Assembly (NCBI GenBank): GCA_038087875.1 | Contig: CM075995.1 | Span: forward strand, 5,396,001-5,460,000 | DNA from: Malacoraja senta | Taxonomy: Eukaryota | Reading direction: 5' to 3' | Length of the DNA stretch: 64,000 nt | Shown: positions 11,998 to 24,362 of the stretch, one piece after another | Layout: the number at the start of each line of letters is the position of its first letter | Numbering within the stretch: the first letter of the stretch is position 1 | Translations under genes and position numbers: made by a program | The notes under the pieces: generated by a model | What the model was told of the DNA's origin: nothing | Database searches by the model: none | What the model saw: only the letters and a program-made list of their open reading frames with translations

Positions 11998-13439
11998 TAA
12001 AGGGTTCTAAGAGTAAACCTAGCAATTATAGACCTGTTAGTTTGACATCAGTGGTGGACAAATTAATGGAAAGGATACTTAGAGATAATATATATAAGCA
12101 TCTGGAAAAGCTGGGTCTGATTAGGAACAGTCAACATGGATTTGTGCCTGGAAGGTCATGTTTGACTAATCTTCTTGAATTTTTCGAAGAGGTTACTAGG
12201 GAAATTGATGAGGGTAAAGCAGTGGATGTTGTCTATATGGACTTCAGTAAGGCCTTTGACAAGGTTCCTCATGGAAGGTTGGTTAAGAAGATTCAATTGT
12301 TGGGTATTAATGGTGGAGTAGCAAGATGGATTCAACAGTGGCTGAATGGGAGATGCCAGAGAGTAATGGTGGATGGCTGTTTGTCAGGTGGAGGCCGGTG
12401 ACTAGTGGGGTGCCTCAGGGGTCTGTGTTGGGTCCACTGTTGTTTGTCATGTACATCAATGATCTGGATGATGGTGTGGAAAATTGGATTAGTAAGTATG
12501 CAGATGATACTAAGATAGGTGGTGTTGTGGATAATGAAGTAGATTTTCAAAGTCTACAGAGATATTTAGGCCATTTGGAAGAGTGGGCTGAAAGATGGCA
12601 GATGGAGTTTAATGTTGATAAATGTGAGGTGCTACATCTCGGCAGGACAAATCAAAATAGGACGTACATGGTAAATGGTAGCGAATTGAGGAATGCAGTT
12701 GAACAGAGGGATCTAGGAATAACTGTGCATAGTTCACTGAAGGTGGAATCTCATGTAGATAGGGTGGTAAAGAAAGATTTTGGTGTGTTGGCCTTTATAA
12801 ATCAGAGCATTGAATATAGAAGTTGGGATGTAATGTTAAAATTGTACAAGGCATTGGTGAGGCCAATTCTGGAGTATGTAGTACAATTTTGGTCGCCTAA
12901 TTATAGGAAGGATGTCAACAAAATAGAGAGAGTACAGAGGAGATTTACTAGAATGTTGCCTGGGTTTCAGCAACTAAGTTACAGAGAAAGGTTGAAGAAG
13001 TTAGGTCTTTATTCTTTGGAGCGCAGATGGTTAAAGGGGGCTTGATATAGGTCTTTAAAATTATGAGCGGGTTAGACAGAGTTGACGTGGATAAGCTTTT
13101 CCCATTGAGAGTAGGGAAGATTCAAACAAGGGGACATGACTTGAGAATTAAGGGACAGAAGTTTAGGGGTAACATTAGGGGGAACTTCTTTACTCAGAGA
13201 GTGGTAGCTGTGTGGAATGAGCTTCCAGTGGAAGTGGTGGAGGCGGGTTCGATTTTATCCTTTAAAAATAGATTGGATGGGTATATGGACGGGAAAGGAA
13301 TGGAGGGTTATGGTCTGGATGCAGGTTGATGGGACTAGGGGAAAGTAAGAAGAATGAAGGGGGGGGGGGGGGAGTGTTCGGCACGGACTCGAAGGGCCGA
13401 GATGGCCTGTTTCCGTGCTGTAATGGTTATATGGTTATA
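11998..13439 (+). mobile_element. 5'-truncated CR1 LINE (RT domain, frameshifted)
   Basis: NYRPVSLTS, SQHGF, GVPQGSVLGP and KYADDTK motifs. (ggttatat)n tail. Confidence 0.92.
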
Positions 13440-13539
13440 AGATTCACAAAACATCTCCACAGATTCTATGATAGAATTTTACCAATTGTAAAGATTTCAG
13501 GGTAACAAATTGTATCAGCTTTTAACTTGACAATAAGCG

Positions 13540-13840
13540 GCCAGCGGTAGAGTTGCTGCCTTACAGCACTTGCATCGCTGGAGACCCGGGTTCGATCCCG
13601 ACTACGGGTGGTGTCTGTACAGAGTTTGTACGTTCTTTCTTCCTGTGGGTTTTCTCCGAGATCTTCAGTTTCCTCCCACACTCCAAAGACATACATGCAG
13701 GTATGCAGGTTAATTGGCTTGGTTTTATGTGTAAATTGTCCCTAGTGTGTGTAGGATAGTGTTAATGTGCAGGGACCGCTGGTCGGTGCGGACTCAGTGG
13801 GCCAAAGGGCCTGTTTCCGTGCTGTATATCAAAACTAAAC
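13540..13840 (+). mobile_element. tRNA-derived SINE
   Basis: B-box ggttcgatcc, SINE body and ctaaa-type tail. Confidence 0.8.
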
Positions 13841-14639
13841 GTAAAAATAAGAATGTAGAGTCATAGTCATACAACATGGAAACAGGCCCTTCGGTCAATT
13901 TTCCCAATATGTGCCATCTACATTAGTCCCACCTGCCCGTGTTTTGCCCATATCCATCTAAACCTTTCTTATCCATGTATCGGTCTGAATTTCTTTAAAA
14001 TTTTGAAATATCTATAAACTTATATGCAAATATATAATGTGCTGTATTGAGATAGAGTAGTTTAGTTTATTATTGTCACATGTACTGAGGTACATAGAAA
14101 CATAGAAAATAGGTGCAGGAGGAGGCCATTCGGCCCTTCGAGCCAGCACCGCCATTCATTGTGATCATGGCTGATCGTCCCCTATCAATAACCCGTGCCT
14201 GCCTTCTCCCCATATCCCTTGACTCCACTAGCCCCTAGAGCTCTATCTAACTCTCTCTTAAATAAGTGAAAAGTGAAAAGCTTTTTGTTGCGTGCTAACC
14301 AGACATGATTACAATCAAGCCGTCCATAGTGTACAGATAAAGGGTACGACATTTAGAGTGAAATAAAGTCCGATTAAAGATAGTTCAAAGGTCTCCAAGG
14401 AAGTAGATGGGAGGTCAGGTCCGCACTCTAGCTGATGAGAGGACGGTTCAGAGTATTAATTCAGTAGCTTTTTGTTTTTAAACATAAACATACAAAAAGG
14501 CATATGTTTACATATGCTGCCTGCAGTGGATATGACAGACACTAATGTAAAATTATATACTGTCATTGAGAACCTAAAGGATGTCCTGAAGTGTGTTCCA
14601 ACTAATGGATTACATTGGAAGGGCATTCAGTGTTGTATT

Positions 14640-14930
14640 AGAGTCACAGAGTCTCACAGCGTGGAAACAGGCCCTTCGGTCCAACTTGCCCACACCGGCC
14701 AACATGTCCCATCTACACCAGTCCCACCTACCTGCGTTTGGTCCATATCCCTCTAAACCTGTCCTTTCCATGTATCTGTTCTGAATTTTTCTTAAACGTT
14801 GCGATAGTACCTGCCTCAACTACCTCCTCCGGCAGCTCGTTCCATACATCTACCACCGTTTGCGTGAAAAGGTTACCCCTCAGGTTCCTATTAAATCTTC
14901 CCACCACCCCCCCCTCACTTTGAACCTATT
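14640..14930 (-). mobile_element. CR1 3' fragment
   Basis: Homologous to the other CR1 3' UTR copies in the window. Confidence 0.75.
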
Positions 14931-15370
14931 GTAGAAACCATTGCAGATAATTTGAAGGAAATCCATAAACAGCAACAAAATAAATGACTGTTTTCATCCA
15001 TATTAAGTGTTAAGTGAGGAATCCAGGATCTCTCCCGCTCCTCTTCAAATACATCATGAAAATGTTCAAAGTCCATTTCAGTAACTTAGTTTGGTGACTA
15101 CTGGAGAGACAATTGACTGGAAAGACGGCACCCGGGAAAGGCTGGGTTAGCACCCCAGTCTGTGTCTTCGTGAGAAAGACACCCAATAAAGCTACGGAAA
15201 GGCCTAATGAACCACCATGGCCTAAAAATCCATCAGGCGAAAATGAAATGCTCGGAGAAGGAGAAAGAGGTGCAGCGCACAGGCCTTGAACCTGGAGAAG
15301 CCCGGCCAGGACTCACTCCACAGAGCCCAGTCCCTCCGCACTAGAGTCTCCCAACCCCTGCAGAGTAGTT

Positions 15371-15505
15371 ATTAAGATGGCTGATCCGTGGGCGGTTGCT
15401 GCTGGGACGCAAGTCGGGGCCTGTCTGATGTTGTGAGATCCGAAACACCCGATGACCCAAGGTCACATCACTGAGGATGCGTCCCAGCGCATCTAGAAGA
15501 TGTAT
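15371..15505 (+). mobile_element. Possible HERO/R2-superfamily non-LTR 3' end
   Basis: Encodes IKMADPW, followed by gctgctgggacgcaag...ccgaaacacccgatgaccc...catcactgaggatg. Resembles HERO 3' ends from memory only. Confidence 0.45.
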
Positions 15506-15644
15506 ATTTTTCATAGTGCAAAATACATATTCTTGTTTGCAATACTGTTACACATGGTCTTGCATTCAATTAATACTATTTTGTTTCAACATATTATCTT
15601 TGTTGCAAAACAAAATCTTTTTGAAGTTCAAAAGTAACCATTAC

Positions 15645-15727
15645 CTTATTTTGTTTAAGAGCACCCTTTTCCTTCATATGTGGGCAATCCTTTCCTGTCA
15701 CAATAGCTTTAATGTCAGCCACCGGAA
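15645..15727 (-). CDS. ELMO1: ELMO1-like coding exon, 83 nt: [28 protein letters not shown]
   Basis: Acceptor ttttttccacag|TTCCG and donor AAG|gtaatg. Translation matches the ELMO PH segment (EKGALKQNK is ELMO1-type). Confidence 0.93.
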
Positions 15728-15959
15728 CTGTGGAAAAAACAAGTCATAGATCGATACAGTGTGGAACAGGCCCTTCGGCCCAACTAGCCCACACCGGCCA
15801 ACATTGTCCGAGCTACACTAGTCCCACCAACCTGCGCTTGGTCCATATCCCTCCAAACCTATCCTATCCATATACCTGTTTATTAAACGTCGGGATAGTA
15901 CCAGCCTCAACTCTGACAGCTTGTTCCATACACCCACCACCCTACTTGTGAAAAAGTTA

Positions 15960-16308
15960 AGGGCCTGTCCCACATTCCCGAGTTATTCACAAATTCTCCC
16001 GAGTTTTCGCCTTGATTCAAACTCGCAGAATGTTCGTAACGAGTCCGTAGGAGTCCGTGGATATATTGTAGCGGCTCATTATGCCAGCCGTAGGTACTTG
16101 GGGCTTTTTTTTACTCGTGGACATTTTTGATCAGGCTGGAAAAAACGTCCCGCCTTACCTGATGCCCCGAGTACCTACAGCTGGCATAACAAGCCGCTAC
16201 GATATATCCACGGACTCCTACGGACTCGTTACGAACATTCTGCGAGTTTGAATCAAGGCGAAAACTCGGGAGAATTTGTGAATAACTCGGGAAAGTGGGA
16301 CAGGCCCT
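15960..16308. mobile_element. PIF/Harbinger-type MITE inserted in a CR1 3' fragment (15743-16455, minus)
   Basis: Termini AGGGCCTGTCCCAC...GTGGGACAGGCCCT. Exact TTA TSD at 15957-15959 and 16309-16311. Arms are complementary over ~145 bp. Confidence 0.88.
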
Positions 16309-16569
16309 TTATCCGCTCGCTTCCTATTAAATCTTTTCCCCTTCAGCTTGAACCTATGTCCTCTGGGCCTCGATTCCCCTACTCTGGGCAAGAGATATTG
16401 TGCATCTACCCGATCTATTCCTCTTATGATTTTCTACACTCTCATGATTTTATACACAGTCAAGAGTGTTTAATATGTCCTGAATTGGAACAGTAAAATT
16501 CTTACTTGCAGCAGCATAACAGATATTTACTCAGTAAACACGATAATGAATAACAGAAACAGAGTTATA

Positions 16570-17510
16570 GAGTCATACAGTGTGGAAACAGGGCTTTCAG
16601 CCCAACTTGTCCACGCCAACCTACTTGCCCCTCTACACTAGTCCCACTTGCCTGCTTTTGGCCCGTATCTCACTAATCCTATCCTTTCATGTACCTGTCT
16701 AAATAGTTCTTAAACATTGCAATAGTACCTGCATCAAGTACCTTTCCTGGTAGCTTGTTCCATACACCCACCACCCTTTATGTGAAAAAACGATCCCTCA
16801 CCTTAAACCTACGTCCTCTGGATCACAATTCCCCTACTCTGGGCAAAAGACATGTTTACCCAATCTATTCCTCTCATGATTTTGTATACCTCTATAAGAT
16901 CACCCCTCATCCTCCTGCGATCCAAGGAATAAAGCTCTAGCCTGCTCAACCTCTCCCTGTAGCTCAGTGTCTCGTGTCCTGGCAACCCAAAGTTCAATAT
17001 ATAAAAGAAACAGACAAAAACAAAGCCCCAAGTCCCTGGTCCACAGGACCTGTTTTGCAAATTGATTCACTCTGTCAACATGGTTACAATGCAATGTGCT
17101 GTATTGGGGTGCAGTGTTCGACTAGGAGGCTTTCTTTAAAACAAAACATAAAAAAGGCACAGTGAAAGGCTTGGATAGATTGGATGTGGAGAGGATGTTT
17201 CCACTAGTGGGAACATCTAGGACTAGAGGTCAATTAAAGGACTCCTCATCTCCATTTAAGAAGGAGATGAGGAGTAATTTCTTTAGTCAGAGGGTGGTGA
17301 ATATGTGGAATTCTTTTCCACAGAAGGCTGTGGAGGCCAAGTCGATGGATATTTTTAAGGCCAGGATAGATAGATTCTTGATTAGTACGGGTGTCAGGTG
17401 TTATGGGGAGAAGGCGGGAGAATGTGTTTAGGAGGGAGCGATAGATCAGCCATGATTGAATGGCGGAGTAAACATGATGGGCTGAATGGCCTAATTGTGC
17501 TCCTATCACT
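16570..17510. mobile_element. Two CR1 3' fragments (minus 16570-16990, plus 17160-17510)
   Basis: LYSLDRRRMRGDLIEVYKIMRG and NFFSQRVVNMWNS motifs. Confidence 0.78.
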
Positions 17511-17784
17511 AATGAATCCAGCACAGACCTGGCGATTAGGAGGGATGCAAAGAAAATAAAACAGAAGATGAAACAGATCCAGAGAGCAGCAAAAAAAAAA
17601 GGAATTATGAGGTTTGCAAGGAATATTCAAATCGAAATATACAGTATGCAAAGTCCAATTATACCAAACTATGATGTGAAACAGCAATACCTTTAGAGTT
17701 GTTGTGATTGAAAATAAGGAAGTGGAGGAAATGTGGAGTTACTTTGCATCTGTAAGAACGATGTTAACATCCCAGGAAAATTAA

Positions 17785-18090
17785 TTTAGTTTAGTTTAGT
17801 ACAGCATGGAAACTGGCCTTTCGGCTCACTAAGTCCATGCCGACAACTGATCGCCCTTTCACACTTCTATGTAATCCTACTCTCCCACCAACTCTTTTCA
17901 CACTTGGGACAATTTGCAAAGCCCAATTAACCTGCAGATCCGTGCGTCTTTGGGATGTGGGAGGAAACTGGAGCACCCGGAGGAAACGCACGTGGTCACA
18001 GGGAAATCGTGCAATCTCCACACAGACCGCACCTGAGATCAGGATTGAACCCGGGTCTCTGGTGCGGTGAGGCAGCAGTTCTACCAGCTG
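17785..18090 (-). mobile_element. tRNA-derived SINE
   Basis: SINE consensus with (ctaaa)n tail. Confidence 0.78.
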
Positions 18091-18363
18091 TTGAATCACA
18101 GGCAGAGAGCCACATAAAATCATGGCAAGTATTAAAGAAGAAAATAATTACACAGATCACCAGATCTAGAAGATTATCGTTTCAGTGCTTTAAAGGAAGC
18201 TGTTCAGAATACTGCAGATATTCCAATTATAATTTCCCAAGTGTGCTCGCTCAAGGATCTTAGACTTGAAATCCTTGCTTCTCTATTAATGCAAAGAGGG
18301 AAATGGAAAACTGAGAATTATAGACTAGTTAACCTGTTGTCAGCAAATTACTAGAGTCTATAT

Positions 18364-21300
18364 AATAGTAAGATTAAACGAGAACTTACCAGTTTGAAGT
18401 TTGATCTTTATTTTATGAGGAGTTACGTTGAGGGATTACGTGAAGACCCCGCCAGCACGCATGCGCGACATTCTTCAAAGCAACGGTGTGGAATCACAGT
18501 AATAGTAATGAAATAAACATAGTAAGATAAGAAGAACTAGGATACCAGTTGACCTTTACAAGAGGATGGGCGTGGAGGGCACGTAATCCCTCAACGTAAC
18601 TCCTCATAAAATAAAGATCAAACTTCAAACTGGCAAGTTCTCGTTTAATCTTACTATTTTACTTCGGAGTCACGTGAGTGACTACATGAAGATTTTAAAG
18701 ATCTGTGATTTCATGCCATGGAAACGAGTCCATGCTTCACACACTGCATCAGTTGACTACTGATGAGTGATCATTAATAATGCATTCAGACATGACTTAG
18801 ATATAGACATGTTGATGCTTTTAATGAACAAACAATGATAATAGTAACCTCACTCAACCGAGAGGGAACTATGAAACAGAACTAGCATAGAGTTGGCAAA
18901 TACCCCCAATCTGGTAATGGATCGTTAGTTTGACCACCCTGCAGTCGCTAGGATGTGGTCCCCCTAACGTCCATACCCTGCTGCTGTGGTAGTTGCAGCC
19001 CTGGTGGAGTGAGACTTGAATATTAGTGTTCACTCCTGTACAAGCCAGCCCCTTTATAACCACCTGGAGATGGTCTGTAGTGATCCCTTCTTACAAGGCT
19101 AATGTAACTAACAATATTGCTAGTTCAGAGTCTTTAATGCTCTAGTGACCTACATTCTGGTGTAGATGTGTGACTACACACAACCGAAGGTCCATGAGAT
19201 ATGTGAACAATCTAGTTAGACCTGATGCCCCTGGTCTATTCTGCTTGACTAAGTCATAAACATAATGTTATTTAGCCCGCAGATATTATCATCGTGTCCA
19301 GTCAATGCTAATGCCATGTCTGGAACCGTTGTGCTGAACTCAGTGCCATGTGCATAACCACTTGTAGGTGAGTTTGACCAAGGACAGGGATGTAGCTGGA
19401 GCCCACCGAGGAACAACGTGGCACAATGTTAACATCCTATATCTCTGCGTACTCAGGCCTGGGAGGTTTAGAGTTGAAGATACCCTTCATTACCTGAATC
19501 CCAGAGGGTGAGACCCAACAGAGTGGATTCTGTTCCTCGCAGCCAGCATGATGAGAAGGCACTTTAGGCACAGTAAATAGCACTTTAACTTGATAATTGT
19601 CAACCCCATACAAAACTGACCTTCAAGCCGTCAGTCATCCGTGCCGAGCTGAATGTAATATAACATAAAACAAATACCTCCCATTTCCTTATGAGGAGAT
19701 ACTACTGTTTGGTGCTATCCCTGCATCTGCAGTGAGCACGTCCAAGGTATGGTTTGACAACCTGAGCCGCAGGAATGGCCTTCGCAGAGTCTGTAATCAA
19801 AGCATAGGTTATATCATGCAAATGATGGTTCCCCGAGTCACGGTAAAACCAGCAAATTTTATGTCCAGAATTAACCATATAAGGTTCTGTCATCATTCCC
19901 CACATCAGCGGGAACCATGGCTGTAGAAGCCAGGCAGGCACTATGAAAATACCTGAAGCGGTAGCTTGCTGAATTTGCAAGACCCGTCTGATGAGGCAAA
20001 ATGGAGGAAGACATTCCTCCCCAGTGTAGCGAGAATACATCCATCGCCATTGATATGCCACATATATTGCAACTGGTGATTGAGCCTGGATGCAGACATT
20101 TCGATCTTCAGCGTTTCATCGAGCAACAATGTCATTAAACACTTAGCGATCCAACATCAATTCTGTATTGACAATTGATGATATACCAGTGCTAGATGAG
20201 GTTAGGTAATTTATCACCGGATACTTTGACTGATTATACCCATGTGATCAACATATACCTCCACCAAAGTGAATCAACTTGGACTTAAGCATGCACCCCT
20301 TAATCCACAGAATGCATCTGTTGTCTGTAAGTAGTTGATACCATATAACTGAACATTTGGTAACTCATGCAAATCCCATCCGTCTCCGTAATTTAGAGCT
20401 GATATTAGTAATTTCCCATCTTTGAGCAATAGCATCAGTTTGTAATTAACTGATGATAATTGATGAAAAGTTAATGGAGCAATGCTGAATACTATTCGTC
20501 CATCATGGTGACTTTGATAGTTTCAGCCGGGAATAGGAAAGGTCTGGTAACAATGGTACTTGAGAATTGATTCCAATCTCTTGCCTCAGGGCGGAGTCCC
20601 AGACTATTTCAGTTGGTATCAATGTAAATTTAACTTAAATTTAACTGGATGGATGAGAACTCAATTCCAGCTAAATTTTGAAATACCTCTGGTGCCTTGT
20701 GAATGGAAACTGATCCCATGGTAGTTAATAGTCACGAAGTTCCCTATTCAGAAATGTCTATACTGCACAAGCGAGTTGTACCTGTTAACAATGAACAGGC
20801 CTCATTGCTAAAAAGGCAACGCCAATCATGTTTTCGAGAACTCTGTTGCTTGAATGCTGTGTAGTATAAACTAATCTGATCTGTAAAACCCAAGTGTAAA
20901 TATTACCAACTAGTATCCGTAATCGGAAGCTTCTCCATACTCCAAATGGGAGGACTTATGCAACCTGCCTAGGAGCTGCCTTAACCAGCTTCATCCTTCA
21001 ATCAGCTTCATCCTTCATACATCCAAATGGTAGGACTTATGCAACCTGAGTCAGGAGCTGCCTTAGGTATGTGTATGTATTTTAGCACCATCTGCATCCA
21101 TCTGTTTTATCGAGTGGGAGGAATTGCAACCCTGAAACAGGTGTCGCTTCAGGCATATGTGCACTTCAGTAACACCCTCTACCACTCCGGCTCATTTGAG
21201 TGGGAGGAAATTTGCAACCCTGAACCAGGAGCTGCTGCCTGACATGCCTTCCACACTCTTGCGGGGTTGGCTCATCTTCCACGAAGGCCGTTCTGGGCCG

Positions 21301-22743
21301 CGGTCTAAAAAAGACCTCTGTTCTGATGGTACGGCCTTCGGCTTTCACCAGCTTCGGTGTCTGCTGGTGGGTGCATAGTAGATTTGTGGCATCTTCAGCC
21401 AACCCCATGTCTTCAGAGTCAGCCCAGAAGTGACTCCTAATGCTCCCCTCTGTCGAGGGAGATGCATTATGCAGCCCTCAACGAGGTGCTGCCATGGCCG
21501 TCCTAGGAGGCCCATGGTGACAAGGCTCCATATCCTGGAGCACGTCACATTGGAGCATCTGCGCCATCAACCGCCCATGCGGGATATGCGATCTCGGTCG
21601 CTGCCTGCCGGCGGTGATTCTTCACGGCCCGACTCGTCCGAGTCTATGGCCTGTCCGTCCTCTGCTTGGTCTTTCCGCCAGTCTGTAGTGTTGATTCAGA
21701 CTGTACAGGTGCCGGACGGAGACTGCTGACCGCATAGATTGCGATCCAGATGCAGTCGGCCGCTGCTGACTGCCCGTACTTCCACGGTCCAGCCAGTCTG
21801 GATGCAGCCTGTTTGAACTTCGTTACCGACTTGACCATAGTTCCTTCCCTGTAACACAGAAATGGAACAAAATACGACCCCAGAGTAAAGAACTTACCTG
21901 CGGGTCTTGTTATCTGGAAAAGGTGGATTCGACCGCTGCCTGCTACCCGCAGTCTCCGGTCTCCGTGGCGGGTTCCCTGCGGTCCCTGTAGAAGGTATTC
22001 CCCGCAAAGCCCATGTCGGGTTTTCCCCCACAGTTCTCGCAGCCGGAATTCCCTCTGCAGTCCTTGTAGAAGGGGTTTCCCGCGAATCCATGTCGGGTTT
22101 TCCACCGAGCCTGGTATCCCCGCGGTTCTTAAAGGCCGGGGTTCCCTCTGCAGACCTTGTAGAATGGATCCCCGCGAGATCCATGTCGGGTTTTCCACCG
22201 AGCCTGGTATCCCCGCGGTTCTCGTAGCCGGGTTCCCTCTGCAGTCATTGTAGAAGGGAATCCCCGCGAGATCCATGTCCCCGTGGCGGTCCCTGGAAAA
22301 AATATTGGCTTACCCTCCAGTGGGTTGACACCAGTCTGAAGCCGCTGGCTCCACCGCCAGTGACTCGAAAAAGGCGAACTCAACCGCCGCCCTCTACCCG
22401 CATCGCGGCCTCCGTAGCGGGTTCCCCGCGATACGTGGGTGGGTTTCCCCGAGGTCGTGACCGGGTTTCCACGACCCTGTGGTCAGCGACTGGGATTCCT
22501 CGCGGTCCATAAGGTTCTCCCGCGGCCCGGCAGACTTTGCCCAAATAAAGCAGGACCTCTGTAAGGCTACAGAGATTCCTGCAAAACACAACCAGGATAA
22601 GTTTAAAACTTACCTTCAGGTTGGACCGCTGGTGGAGCAGCGCTCCCACCAGCCTGTCGTTTGCACAATGCGATAGACGATATGTCGCGCATGCGTGCTG
22701 GCGGGGTCTTCACGTAGTCACTCACATGACTCCGAAGTAAAAT
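18364..22743 (-). mobile_element. DIRS1-like tyrosine-recombinase retrotransposon, both termini present, ORFs decayed
   Basis: ITR TACGTGAAGACCCCGCCAGCACGCATGCGCGACA at 18437-18470 and inverted at ~22683-22716. ICR at ~18580-18692 is complementary to both ends. Remnants: MT domain (IEMSASRLNHQL; PPFCLIRRVL...IVPAWLLQPWFP), RNase H-like (VEVYVDHMG) and YR (FKSHSTRAA; ILATAGWS). Confidence 0.9.
21973..22279. repeat. GC-rich tandem repeat, ~3.5 units of 76-93 bp, in the DIRS 5' region
   Basis: Recurring ttccctctgcag..ttgtagaa...ccgcg..atccatgtcgggttttcc. Confidence 0.85.
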
Positions 22744-22981
22744 TAACATTAAAGTGACTGAATACTCTGAACATTTTCAACTGATCAGAAATAATTCACA
22801 TGAACTTGCAGAGGGTGGAAACTATCTACCAGACTATTTATTTTAAAAAGGTAAATGAGGTAACGAATTTCCAAAAAAGTGTTGGTGAATATGTTTTCCG
22901 GTGACGTAATATGTTGTATATAATGACTTTTTAAAGTTATTATTGTTTGTTTGTTTTTCATATATCTTTATATATATTTAT

Positions 22982-23017
<36 letters not shown>

Positions 23018-23026
23018 GTACTAGAC

Positions 23027-24199
23027 CAGGGGTGGGGAACCTTTTCATGTTGGAATGCCGCATTAAGTTAGCTGTAATCTAATAAGGCCGCATCCAAGCA
23101 ACTTCAATTAGATATACTTCAAAATGTACATTATTTTGTTAAAATAGCCCTCATGACTTACTAATGTTTTAATTGTGGCCGTCAGTCGGGGAGGATTATT
23201 TCATTGAATCTTTTTTTACTCTTTGGTATTTTAAATACATTCATTTTAAGATTAAAGTTAAAATAAAAAAGACGAACAAAAACATATTATATTACTCAAA
23301 AACAAGATTAAATAAATGTTATCCAAATATATCGCCCATTTGCGATAAATGTTTAACCCAAGACGCAACTATAACACACTCTTTTGTTTCTTGTATAAAA
23401 CTTCATGGATTTTGGAGTGATATTTTCGAAATATTTACAAAACTATTTAAGACAAAAATGGAACCCAATAATGAATTGATTATATTTGGGGTAATGGAAG
23501 ACGGGAACAAATTGAGCTCATCTCAAAAGTCAATTTTTAATTATGGTTTAATAATAGCAAAAAAATTAATATTGAAATTTTGGAAAAATACACCAATACC
23601 AACGCTCAAAATGTGGATTGCAAATATGTTGGATACCGCACATCTTGAGGAAATGCGATTCCTCCTAATAGATAAATTTGACCAATTCATAACGAGTTGG
23701 TCTCCATTTGTCGTCTTTTTGGAAACATATGGTGCAAAACAGGTGTAAAAGCTAATCCGTGACTGCGGATGGTCAAGATTATAAATGATCTCCTTACTTC
23801 TATTTTCTTTTCTTCTCTTCTCTTCTTTTATTCTCTTTCTTCTATTTTCTATGTCTCAACTTTCTTTTTTCATTCTTTATTTTTCTTTTTCACACACTAT
23901 ATATCTCACACTTTTCTATTTTTCATTATCTAACTTTTTTCTTTTTCTTCTTTATTACAAAAAATTTAAAAATAAGAAGCTGTACATAAAAGGTATTATG
24001 AAAATATGATTGTATACAATTGTACTTACTTCTAATAAAATAAAAATATTTAAAAAAATAAAAAAATAAAAAAAAAGTTAAAATAAAAAAGACGAACAAA
24101 AACATATTAATAAAAATAAAAGGATTTGTTCTATAAAATTTGGATTCATTCAAAAGGCCGCACTTAGTGGCCTATAAGGCCGCAGGTTCTCCACCCCTG
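23027..24199. mobile_element. Non-autonomous hAT (Charlie-like) transposon containing an L1 insertion
   Basis: 16-bp TIR CAGGGGTGGGGAACCT / AGGTTCTCCACCCCTG (1 mismatch). 8-bp TSD tactagac at 23019-23026 and 24200-24207. Confidence 0.92.
23290..24073 (+). mobile_element. 5'-truncated L1-clade LINE
   Basis: CDKC...HSFVSC zinc-knuckle region and AKKLILKFWK. T-rich 3' UTR, aataaa and A-tail. Flanked by a ~36-bp direct repeat. Confidence 0.88.
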
Positions 24200-24362
24200 T
24201 ACTAGACCAAGTGCTCCCCAACACAATATTCCACCACTCACCCGTTCCCCCAACGCAATATTGCACCACTCACACATAGCCCCCAACTGCGCAGGTGCGG
24301 CTCATTTCTCCTCACCCCCCAGCACACCCTCCTCCTCCTCTTCACCCTCCCTCTTTAATCCC

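Noticed and set aside
15424..15450. Hammerhead in the HERO-like 3' end (ctgatgtt...gaaac)
   Set aside because: The core is CUGAUGU rather than CUGANGA and the flanking stems are not supported in this copy.
1..15644. Next ELMO exon (EVLELAFSILYD...) and terminal exons
   Set aside because: Not found by eye on the minus strand; probably beyond the left edge, though a miss is possible.
21973..22279. CRISPR-like array
   Set aside because: Whole units repeat with no unique spacers, the context is eukaryotic, and it lies inside a DIRS element.
23173..23748. 191-aa ORF as a hAT-L1 fusion gene
   Set aside because: It starts at a non-ATG codon in AT-rich hAT sequence and reads by chance into a truncated L1 ORF2.
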